Positions 8,867 to 17,744 of a DNA stretch of 64,000 bases are shown piece after piece. Numbering within the stretch: position 1 is the first letter of the stretch; each line of letters begins with the position of its first letter. Made by a program: the position numbers and the translations under genes. The DNA is from an uncultured Gemmatimonadales bacterium (GTDB lineage Bacteria > Gemmatimonadota > Gemmatimonadetes > Gemmatimonadales > GWC2-71-9): the NCBI GenBank assembly GCA_963695555.1, contig CAVOGR010000005.1, positions 1 to 64,000 of the forward strand, in the 5' to 3' direction. The notes beneath the pieces were generated by a model. That model was not told where the DNA came from, ran no database searches, and worked only from the letters and a program-made list of their open reading frames with translations.

Positions 8867-10420
8867 ATGGACCCCGAGCGAACTGCTGATCCGATCCCGG
8901 TCATCGCGCATCTCTCCGGTCCGCGGCGCGGAACCTCCGAGCGGCTGCGGGGAACGGCTGTGTGGCTCGTGCGCAGAGATGATGGTTCGGCGTACGCGAC
9001 TTCCGACTCGCCGCCCCCAATCTATGACGCCGAGCTACGTCAGCGCGGCCAGAGCTACGAACTTGCCGCCGCGCCCGGCCGGGAGATCTGGGTGAACGGA
9101 GAGCGCACCGATCATCTGGTCCTCGCATCGGGCGATGTCATCGAGATCGGGAAGGGCGGGCCGATCATCCGGTTCCGGCTGTATCCGGCCGAGAGTGGCG
9201 CCGCGAAGTCGGTGGCCGAGGTGTTCAGCGACTGCTGGACCTGTGCGCGCCATGCGCCGGGAGGCGTGCTGCGCCGCGCCGCAGTCTTCCTCGCGGGCGT
9301 TCCCATGGAACTCGCCACCCAAACGTCCCGAACTTTCCGGCTCGGCATCCTCTCCGCCCTCCTCATCCTCATAGCGGTCACCCTCATGTTGGGCGGACGG
9401 ACCGTGATGCTCGAGCGCCGGCTCGCGGAAGAGCGCACCCAAGTGGCAGCGATCGCCGCACTGCTCGAGAAGTCGCTTGATAACCCGTCGAGCGAGAGCG
9501 AACTCGCAAGGATGCTGGCCGAGCTGCGTGACAGCATGACGTCCGCGACAGAGCGCCTCGGCGCTCTCGAAGAGCGCTCGGACGCGCCGTCGCGCGTCAT
9601 CGCCGCGGCCACACGCGCAACGGTGCTGCTGCTTGGTTCCTACGGCTTCGAGGATTCCGCCTCCGGGCGACCCCTCAGGATTACCGTGACCCCCGGGGCA
9701 CAGCCCATGTTGGGGCCCGAGGGGGAAGTGCCGCTCACCGCGGAGGGACTCGGGCCGGTGTTCGAGGCGCGCTATACCGGCACCGGGTTCATGGCGAGCA
9801 GCGACGGATTGATCGTGACCAACCGGCACGTGGCCGTGCCCTGGGAGTTCGATGAGGCGGCCGCCGGAATCATCGCACGGGGCTACACGCCCGTGATGCG
9901 ACGGTTCATTGCCTACATGCCAGGTGTCGCGAAACCGTTTGAGGTCCAAACCGTGCGGCTGAGTGACGAGGCGGACCTGGCGCTCCTGCGCGGGAATGTC
10001 ACCACCGACTCGTTCGTCGCCCTTCCGCTGAGCTTCACCCCGGTGCACCCGGGAGAAGAGGTCATCGTCCTCGGGTACCCGCTGGGCATTCGGGCGCTCA
10101 TGGCGCGGACCGGCGCCACTTTCGTCCAGCAGCTTCTCAGCGAGGGCGATGTCGACTTCTGGATCGCGGCGGAACGGCTCGCGGCCGGCGGGTACATCGC
10201 TCCCCTCGCGAGCCGCGGAATCATCGGCCAGGTAACGCTCCAATCTGTTGTCTATGACGCCCAGACCACGCATGGGGGGAGCGGTGGTCCCGTATTGTCC
10301 ACTGCAGGCGAAGTCGTGGCGATCAACTCGGCTGTTCTCGCAGGGTACGGAGGGGCGAACCTCGGTGTCCCCGCCGAACAGGCACGGCGGCTCCTCGCGC
10401 CCGACAGCACGGGACCCTAA
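8867..10420 (+). CDS. FHA-like domain / TM / coiled coil / trypsin-like (S1C-type) serine protease without PDZ
   Basis: IWVNGER...LASGDVIEIG..GP (FHA), TM GILSALLILIAVTLML, GTGF..TNRHVA, DLALL, HGGSGGP. Confidence 0.85.
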   Translation: MDPERTADPIPVIAHLSGPRRGTSERLRGTAVWLVRRDDGSAYATSDSPPPIYDAELRQRGQSYELAAAPGREIWVNGERTDHLVLASGDVIEIGKGGPIIRFRLYPAESGAAKSVAEVFSDCWTCARHAPGGVLRRAAVFLAGVPMELATQTSRTFRLGILSALLILIAVTLMLGGRTVMLERRLAEERTQVAAIAALLEKSLDNPSSESELARMLAELRDSMTSATERLGALEERSDAPSRVIAAATRATVLLLGSYGFEDSASGRPLRITVTPGAQPMLGPEGEVPLTAEGLGPVFEARYTGTGFMASSDGLIVTNRHVAVPWEFDEAAAGIIARGYTPVMRRFIAYMPGVAKPFEVQTVRLSDEADLALLRGNVTTDSFVALPLSFTPVHPGEEVIVLGYPLGIRALMARTGATFVQQLLSEGDVDFWIAAERLAAGGYIAPLASRGIIGQVTLQSVVYDAQTTHGGSGGPVLSTAGEVVAINSAVLAGYGGANLGVPAEQARRLLAPDSTGP

Positions 10421-10522
10421 CGCGCATGAGTTAGTGGAGGAAGCCGGAGTCGCCAAGGCGGCCTCCGACCGAGCGATGCGGTAGGCACGTGGGGCAAGGC
10501 ATTTCATGCCGGTTGGGGCCCC

Positions 10523-10552
10523 TTGAGCTCAAAGTTGGCCCTGTGTTATAAT
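10523..10552 (+). promoter_or_regulatory. Putative sigma70 promoter of the sulfurtransferase gene
   Basis: TTGAGC-18 bp-TATAAT with extended -10 TG. Confidence 0.55.
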
Positions 10553-10601
10553 ACCGACTATTTTTATCCCCATTGAGCTTGACTCGTATCAAGGGGGAAC
10601 G

Positions 10602-11495
10602 ATGGCAACCACAAAGACGACCGGATCCGTGGCTCGCATCGAGGACCGGGGGTACGTACACCCGGAGGTGTTGGTCTCCACTGAATGGGTGGCTGCCCAC
10701 CTGAACGACCCGCACGTCCGGATCCTGGAATCGGATGAGGACCTGCTGCTCTACGAGACCGGGCACATCCCGAACGCAACCAAGATCGATTGGGTCGGTG
10801 ACCTGAACGATCCGCTGATCCGAGACTACGTCGACCGCGAGCACCTCCAGGAATTGCTGCGCTCGCGGGGCATCAATCAGGACACGACGGTGGTGCTCTA
10901 TGGTGACAAGAACAATTGGTGGGCCACCTACGCGTTCTGGGTCTTCCGCCTTTTTGGCCTCGAGAACCTCCGGATCATGGATGGCGGGCGGGCCCGGTGG
11001 GAACAGGAGGGGCGTGCGCTCGTGACGGTGCGACCATCGTTCCCAAAGGGCAATATTACGGTGGGTGAGCGGAACGATGCCCGCATTCGAGCGTTCCGGG
11101 AGGATGTGCTGCTGCACATCAAGGCCAAGCGGGCGTTGGTCGATGTGCGGAGCCCCGAGGAGTACCGCGGTGAGCGGCTGCACATGCCTGACTATCCCAA
11201 TGAAGGAGCGCTTCGCGGCGGACACATCCGCGGCGCCCGCAATGTGCCGTGGGCGCGAGCGGTCGACCCGGGGACGTGTACGTTTCTTCCGGCAGCGGAT
11301 CTCAAACGGATCTACCAGGAAGAGCAGACCCTCGATCCGGCTCAGCCGGTGATCGCCTACTGCCGGATCGGTGAGCGGTCCTCGCACAGCTGGTTCGTGC
11401 TCACCTATCTCCTGGGGTTCGGGAACGTCCGCAACTACGACGGCTCATGGACCGAGTGGGGCAATACGGTCCGTGCCCCCATCCAAAAGCCATAG
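10602..11495 (+). CDS. Two-domain sulfurtransferase (rhodanese, SseA/CysA type)
   Basis: [15 protein letters not shown], active-site loop [16 protein letters not shown]. Confidence 0.95.
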   Translation: MATTKTTGSVARIEDRGYVHPEVLVSTEWVAAHLNDPHVRILESDEDLLLYETGHIPNATKIDWVGDLNDPLIRDYVDREHLQELLRSRGINQDTTVVLYGDKNNWWATYAFWVFRLFGLENLRIMDGGRARWEQEGRALVTVRPSFPKGNITVGERNDARIRAFREDVLLHIKAKRALVDVRSPEEYRGERLHMPDYPNEGALRGGHIRGARNVPWARAVDPGTCTFLPAADLKRIYQEEQTLDPAQPVIAYCRIGERSSHSWFVLTYLLGFGNVRNYDGSWTEWGNTVRAPIQKP

Positions 11496-11555
11496 CGGCC
11501 GTGGCGCCGTCATAGTGACGTGCCGAGAGGCGGGCCGGCCGGTGAGACAACGTTG

Positions 11556-12098
11556 ATGGATCGAGACATCGCGATCGAGATGCTGGTCGACCACTTCAAA
11601 CGGCCGCGGCATCACGGACCGCTGGCCGACGCGGACGTGAGCATGCCCGGTGGCAATCCAGGCTGCGGTGACCTGGTCACGATCCACGTCAAGGCGGATG
11701 GACATCGCATCGCCGCTGCATCATTTGAAGGCAGCGGCTGCACCATCAGCCAGGCGGCGGCCTCGATCCTGCTCCGCCAGGTGAACCGCGAGCACATGCC
11801 CTTTCAGGAGGTGCTCGACTACTCCTACGAGCAGATGCTCGACCGGCTCGGCCGAGAGGTGGTTGGGTTCCGGCACCGCTGCGCCACGCTGGCGCTCGCC
11901 ACGCTCAAGGCGGCGGTGCGGGTGATCGAGATGGACGGAAAGCTCCGCGCCGCGGGCTACTCCCCCGAGCAGATCAGAGAACTCCGTGATGCGGCTGCCA
12001 AGCAGGTCGCGGGCGCCGGATTCGTGGTGGGAAGCGGTGCCATCGAGGCAAGCCAGGACATCTCGGGCCGCACCCCGGATCCGCTATCGACAGGGTGA
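11556..12098 (+). CDS. SufU/NifU_N-like Fe-S scaffold / sulfur-transfer protein with C-terminal extension
   Basis: DHFKRPRHHG, GNPGCGD, FEGSGCTISQAAAS, RHRCATL. Confidence 0.88.
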   Translation: MDRDIAIEMLVDHFKRPRHHGPLADADVSMPGGNPGCGDLVTIHVKADGHRIAAASFEGSGCTISQAAASILLRQVNREHMPFQEVLDYSYEQMLDRLGREVVGFRHRCATLALATLKAAVRVIEMDGKLRAAGYSPEQIRELRDAAAKQVAGAGFVVGSGAIEASQDISGRTPDPLSTG

Positions 12099-12141
12099 GA
12101 GCGGCCTGCACCGCTGAACGCGGCAAGGGACCCGCGGGTTG

Positions 12142-12169
12142 TTGACAGGCCCGGTCCCACGGGTAGGAT
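12142..12169 (+). promoter_or_regulatory. Putative sigma70 promoter
   Basis: TTGACA-16 bp-TAGGAT upstream of the 12216 gene. Confidence 0.5.
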
Positions 12170-12215
12170 TCCCACCGTTCACAGCAGGCTTCCTCATCCT
12201 GTTTGGAGAGACTCT

Positions 12216-12707
12216 ATGCTTCGCCGCTGCACTCTGATGATTGGATCGCTCGTCCTGTTGGCCCCGATGGCCCTCGTGGCCCAGCAGAAGACCACCGGCA
12301 CCTACGCCACGATGCCGGGCGACGCGGACGAGATGGATCTACCAAACGACCAGATTCTCCAGCAATCCGGCTATCGCATGGTGGTGTTCGCCACCAACCC
12401 GGCCAGTCCACTGAACAACATCAGTTCGCACTGCACCTCCGCGGCAGTGGCCGCGAGCGATGGGGCCATGGTGTCGAGCAGCGGCTTCTGCTTCAACATG
12501 GATGCCGCCGGCAATGGTTACTCGATGTGGTGGCAGGAAACTGAGGTAGGCACGGCGAGCTGTCCGACCCGCTGCGGTCAGTTCGGGCTCTACGCCGGCT
12601 ACGGCAAGTTCAAGGGCATGACGGGGATGGGCGCCTGGCGCGCGGGCAGCGTGCTGGCCGATGGAACCGGCATGGGGACCTGGGAGCTCACGAGCCAGAT
12701 GAAGTAG
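12216..12707 (+). CDS. Secreted hypothetical beta-rich protein
   Basis: Signal peptide ending ALVA-QQ, GGAG RBS, four Cys in the mature part, GYGKFKGMTG motif. Confidence 0.75.
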   Translation: MLRRCTLMIGSLVLLAPMALVAQQKTTGTYATMPGDADEMDLPNDQILQQSGYRMVVFATNPASPLNNISSHCTSAAVAASDGAMVSSSGFCFNMDAAGNGYSMWWQETEVGTASCPTRCGQFGLYAGYGKFKGMTGMGAWRAGSVLADGTGMGTWELTSQMK

Positions 12708-12911
12708 ACGAACCTCGAGTTGACCTGTCGAAGTCCCGGGACCCCCCGGAGCTTCGTCGTAGCAGGCGGTGCCTTCGTGCGGAAGTGTTGCGTCGGCGTC
12801 GCAATGTCGGCCGTGGAGTGGTCCGGGAGTAGTCCGCAGTGAGACCCTGTAAGACGCAACCGCCCAGGCATTTATGGAACCGCATGTCGCCAATGATCAT
12901 GCGCCGTCGGG

Positions 12912-12926
12912 TGGTGCAGATCTTGC
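12912..12926 (+). promoter_or_regulatory. Putative sigma54 -24/-12 promoter
   Basis: TGGTGC-AGATC-TTGC (GG-N10-GC), 70 bp upstream of ATG 12997. Confidence 0.6.
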
Positions 12927-12996
12927 CTGAATGCCACAGTACCTCGACCCCAATTCCTCCTGAGGGCCCGTTTGTGTCGGACCCGGCCGGAGTCGT

Positions 12997-15635
12997 ATGT
13001 CCGTACGCGCGAAGCTTGCCCTTGGCCTATTCGTCCTCGCCGTCGGGTCCTGTAAGGGAACCGACAGTGGTAGCACGGGTCCCACCTCCTTCGACCTGAC
13101 CGGAACCTTCGAAGGCGTCATCGTGCTGCGGGCCGACCCGTTCACTGGCTTCGTGGATTCGATCCCGTTGAGTCTCACGCTGACTCACTCGGGAGCCTCG
13201 TTCGCCGGGACCTGGGAAGCCGATTCCGCGGCCGGCACCATCACCGGTACGGTCACCGGAAGTTCGGTTTCCTTCACGCTCAGGCAGAACCTCCCGTGCG
13301 ACGGGACCTTCACGGGCACCGCCGTGGTGACGTTCGACGGGGACCGCATCCGCGGTACTCTCTCCGGCTCCGACTGCACCAGAACCCTCGACGCGACCTT
13401 TGTGGTCGACCGCACCAGTGCACCTCCCGCCTCGCCACGGCTCACGCTCACGCCCGCATCGATCATGTTGTCCGGGACGGTGGGGGAGGAGATCCCGGTG
13501 CCGCGACCATCGCTGTGTCCAACACCGGCGGCGGGACCGTGTCGGGGCTTTCCGTCGGCACGATAAGCTATGACTCGAGCGCCAGCGGCTGGCTCGCGAC
13601 GCCCGTGCTCGGCAGCACGGCCGCCCCGACGACCATCACGCTCAACGCCACAACCGGAAGTCTCGCGGCAGGGACCTATACCGCCACGATCCCGGTGACA
13701 TCGACGTCCGCGAGCAACAGTCCCCAAACCATCACGGTGACCTTCGTCGTCTCCGATGTCCCCGCCACTCCCAGCATCGACCTATCATCGGACAGCCTGA
13801 CTTTCACAGGTATGGCGGGCGGTGCGGATCCCGCCGCGTCGACGGTGAACGTGACCAACGGCGGAGGCGGGTCCTTGACCGCCCTGGATGTGGCGGTCAT
13901 CACTTATGGGCCCGGTGCCAGCGGCTGGCTCAACCCGGTCGGCTTGGCGGATTCTACGGCCCCGACCATGCTGACCATTCAGCCGCGCGTGGGAGGGCTC
14001 GTCGCGGGAACCTACCAGGCGACGGTCGAGCTGACGTCACCGGTGGCGAGCAACAGTCCTGCGGCCGTGTCGGTCGTTTTCACGGTGACGTCGGCGCCGG
14101 CGGCGCCGAGCATTGTGTTATCCTCGTCCACAGTGGGTTTCTCCGCCACTCAGAGTGGGGCCGATCCGACGGCCGCGACCCTCAATATCTCGAACGGCGG
14201 TGGCGGGACGCTGAGCGGGCTCACTCTCGGCACCATCACCTATGGATCCGGCGCGAGCGGATGGCTCACCGCTGGGTTGGCCGCGACGACAGCCCCAACC
14301 ACGCTCACCCTCCAGCCGACAACCGGGAGCCTCGCGGCGGGCACCTACACTGCTACTGTGCCGGTGACATCCGCCGTGGCCGCCAACAGCCCGCAGAGTG
14401 TGACCGTGACGTTCACCGTGGCCGCTCCGCCGCCGAGCATGGTGGTCACACCGTCGACTGCCTCATTCACGGCGACGGCCGGTGGTGGCGACCCGCCGTC
14501 GCAGGGCACGGCCGTGACCAACGGCGGCGGTGGGACGCTGAGCGGGATCGCTGTCGGCAGCATCACCTATGGACCCGGCGCCAGCGGGTGGCTCGGTGCT
14601 ACGTTGGGATCCACGGCCGCCCCGGTAACACTCACCCTCCAGCCGACAACCGGGAGTCTCACGGCCGGCACCTACACCGCCACCGTGGCCATCACGTCCG
14701 CTGTGGCCGCCAATAGTCCGCAAACGGTTGCCGTGACGTTCACCGTCTCTGCGCCCGCACCGCTCATTGTGCTCGGCACGTCGGGTGTGGGCTTCACTGC
14801 GATCGAGGCGGGGAATAGCCCGACATCGCAGGCGGTGAGTGTGACCAACGGGGGCGGCGGGAGTTTGAGTGGCCTCGGAGTCGGCACGATCAGCTACGGC
14901 CCAGGGGCGACTGGGTGGCTCCAAGCGACGCTTGGCAGTTCAACTGCTCCGACCACACTGACCCTTCAGCCAGCGACCGGAGCTCTCCCGGCTGGAACGT
15001 ACACCGCCACGGTTCCGGTCACGTCCGCGGCGGCGAGCAACAGTTCCGTGAACCTGACGGTCACGTTCACCATCGCTTCCGCATGGATCAAGGGATGGAA
15101 TTTCAGGGCCACGCCTGGATTCGTGAGCGACGGCCCCAATGAAACGTGGTTTACTTCGTTCGATGCATACCCTGTGAGCCGGAATGGCGTCACATTTGGT
15201 ACATCGGGTGGCTCATTCGAGTCCCGTGACCGGACCAACACGCTCGATCGTCGGCTGGCCGGGCAGATCCAGGTGGCCAACGCCAGCCCGACTCAAGGCA
15301 GGGTGCGTATCAACGTGCCGGGTCCCGGGGATTATCGCGTCCGTCTGGCTGTCGGCGACGCGGGCTTCGCGCAGTCATACCAGTCCGTGGTCATCCGGGA
15401 TGGCATCGGTGGGCCGGCAGTGGTCACTATCGATGAGCCGGCCGGAACGGGCGCAGGGCAGTGGCTCGATGCCAGCGGGGTCACGCGGACCGCATCGGGC
15501 TGGGTGGCGAACAACCAGGCCGTCGTCATCTCGGTAACGGGCCAGGTCATCGAGGTCGTAGTGGGAGAGCCCGGGACGGCGCAGACCACGAGTTCAACCA
15601 TCTCGCACCTGCTCCTCCAAAAGCTCACCCCGTAG
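12997..15635 (+). CDS. Lipoprotein with 5 BACON-like repeats and an unknown C-terminal domain (frameshift at G5 13482-13486)
   Basis: Lipobox-like VGSC; five ~110 aa repeats (NGGGG.LSGL...GASGWL...AGTYTATV.VTS...NSP..V.VTFTV); adding one G fuses ORFs 12997-13566 and 13296-15635. Confidence 0.8.
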
Positions 15636-15933
15636 CATTTGAGATTTCGCGGTGCCCCTGCCGCTGGTGGTGCCTGTTCGTGATTCGTTCCCCGGCCAGC
15701 GCACCCTAGCGCCTTGCAAGGTCCGCCGGGGAGTTGCGCCACACACGATTCGCGCCAGGCGGATCGCGCCACTCCGTTGGGTCAGGGCTACCGCTGCCCG
15801 GCCGGCCGGGTGGATCGCCGGGTGTAAGCAAATTCATGGCAAGCACATAGGCTGAGTCACGCTTCGGCGGCCGTGGCGATGGCGGGTTCGGGGGGAAGCA
15901 GGCAATTCCGTTGGTGACCTGTCCGCTTCCGTC

Positions 15934-15949
15934 CGGAACGGAAATCGCA
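15934..15949 (+). promoter_or_regulatory. Possible sigma54 promoter
   Basis: CGGAACG-GAAA-TCGCA (GG-N10-GC). Confidence 0.4.
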
Positions 15950-16011
15950 TACTGTGCAGTATTGCGCCCAAACGCCGGCGCGGCGTAACCCTGGACGCGG
16001 TCGCGTGCGGC

Positions 16012-17193
16012 ATGTTTCGGCGGTCGGTTCGGGTGGATTGGCACTCCTGGTCGTTCCTTCTCGGCGGTTGTCTGATGCGGGTACCTTTTGTTCACCGAAA
16101 GCTTGGTTTTGGCCGTCGCGATGTCGGCGCCGAATCGGGAGACTCGGCCCCGGGCTCCGGTGAATCCGCCGAGTCTACGCTGCCGTCGGAGCTTACCGGG
16201 CCCGTCGTCCTGCTTCCGGCGGAGCACATTTCGCCCCACCAGGAGCCGGAGCGGGAGTGGTGGCGCAGGCCCGGCATCTACGTCGGGAGCGCAGCGATCC
16301 TGCTCGTCCTGGGCACCGGCGCCGGGATTTTGGTCTCGAAGCGCGGCGGCGATTCCCAGTTTGCGAGCAACGACGCCGCCTTCAGGACCGGCGTTTCCGC
16401 CCTGACGCTCCCAGACGAAGACTTGCGCATCGCGCCGACCGCCCGGGATAGCGTCCCTACAACGACGACCGATCTGCCGTCGCCGCAGCCTGCGAATTCG
16501 GTTGCCACAGCCCAGCCCGCAGCGTCCGACCGGTCGGAGCCGGCGGCACCACCCGAAAGCCGGCCGCAAGCCGCCCCATCCAGGCCAATCGCGCGCGCGC
16601 CGTCGGCGGAGTCGACCACGGTCAGAGCACCGGATGGCGACCCGGTCGTGTCGCAAGACGCCGTGATCGACTCTCCGCCGGATTCCGAACGGCGCGCTGG
16701 GTCGGGCCAGCCGGTGACCCCCCCGGCGGTCAGTCAGGATCCAGTCAGCGCACCTCAGCCATCAGACGCGGCACGGACGGGTGATACCGTGACCGCGAGC
16801 GTTCCGGAACCGTCGCCCGCACTCGACCCAGTGTCCGCGGTGCCTGATCCGTCGGCAGCACGCCCCGCGCTCATGGCAGGAATCGCCAGGTTGATCACGG
16901 CCATCAATACGAAGCGCAGCGAGGTAGCAATCCGGTCGCTGCTTCTCGACCCCGCCAGTCAGCAGGAAGTGGTTTATCTCGTACGAGAACAGAAACCCAC
17001 CGCGTCCCTCGGCACGACCGACGATGTGGAAATCGACCAAGGGGTGGCGACTCTCGGGGTACAGATCGGTTTTCGCTGGCGCGGTAGTTTCGGGGTCGAA
17101 GAGCGGGAAACACGTCGATTCGAAGCGGTGGCTGAGCGCGATGCCACCGGCTGGGAGTTCACGGGGGTTCGGATGTTGGGAGACATTCCATGA
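16012..17193 (+). CDS. Bitopic membrane protein with Pro/Ser/Ala-rich linker and C-terminal alpha/beta domain (start uncertain)
   Basis: Single TM IYVGSAAILLVLGTGAGILV, long low-complexity linker, ATGA overlap with the next gene. Confidence 0.7.
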   Translation: MFRRSVRVDWHSWSFLLGGCLMRVPFVHRKLGFGRRDVGAESGDSAPGSGESAESTLPSELTGPVVLLPAEHISPHQEPEREWWRRPGIYVGSAAILLVLGTGAGILVSKRGGDSQFASNDAAFRTGVSALTLPDEDLRIAPTARDSVPTTTTDLPSPQPANSVATAQPAASDRSEPAAPPESRPQAAPSRPIARAPSAESTTVRAPDGDPVVSQDAVIDSPPDSERRAGSGQPVTPPAVSQDPVSAPQPSDAARTGDTVTASVPEPSPALDPVSAVPDPSAARPALMAGIARLITAINTKRSEVAIRSLLLDPASQQEVVYLVREQKPTASLGTTDDVEIDQGVATLGVQIGFRWRGSFGVEERETRRFEAVAERDATGWEFTGVRMLGDIP

Positions 17194-17744
17194 CCACCCC
17201 GGGATCTCGGGTACGCTCCCGAGACGTCGTGCTTGTCATCTCCGCTCTGGTCGCGTTCACAGGGGCGCTCGAAGCACAATCGACACAACCATTCTCGATC
17301 CAGACGTCCGGTGCCCTCGTGTTTCCGAGCAAGTCGCAGGCACCCTTCGAATCAGACACGCGGTTCGGATTCGACGTGCAGGCCCGGTACACGCACAGTC
17401 GCTGGTCCGTGGGCATTGGGTATCAGCGCAGTACCGTGTTTCGCTCCTCGGCGATCGATATCAACGCCGCGTTGTCGCTGTTCTTCGTCGAACCGCGGTT
17501 TGTGGTAGCGGCCAATCGGCGGGTCGGTGCCTATCTGGCCGGCCGGGCCGGTATCGGCAAGCTGGTGTGCACGCCGGATCGGTGTGGCGAGCCGAGCTAC
17601 GCGAGCTTCGGCGGCGGTGGTGGCCTCCTGGTACGGCTCACACGGGCCTTGGCCTTGGACGTCGGCGCACAATTCTTCACCGTGACCGATGATGCAAACA
17701 CCGGCTATTTCCTGGCTCGGTTGGGGGTGGGTCTCGGACTATGA
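17190..17744 (+). CDS. Small outer-membrane beta-barrel protein
   Basis: Signal peptide, amphipathic strands, YLAGRAGIG, GGGGGLLV, C-terminal strand YFLARLGVGLGL. Confidence 0.75.
   Translation: MTTPGSRVRSRDVVLVISALVAFTGALEAQSTQPFSIQTSGALVFPSKSQAPFESDTRFGFDVQARYTHSRWSVGIGYQRSTVFRSSAIDINAALSLFFVEPRFVVAANRRVGAYLAGRAGIGKLVCTPDRCGEPSYASFGGGGGLLVRLTRALALDVGAQFFTVTDDANTGYFLARLGVGLGL

Noticed and set aside
12875..12890. TGGAACCGCATGTCGC as a sigma54 promoter
   Set aside because: GG-to-GC spacing is 11, not 10; a better site exists at 12912
15636..16011. Riboswitch in the long intergenic region
   Set aside because: No recognisable aptamer consensus by eye; an Rfam scan would be needed
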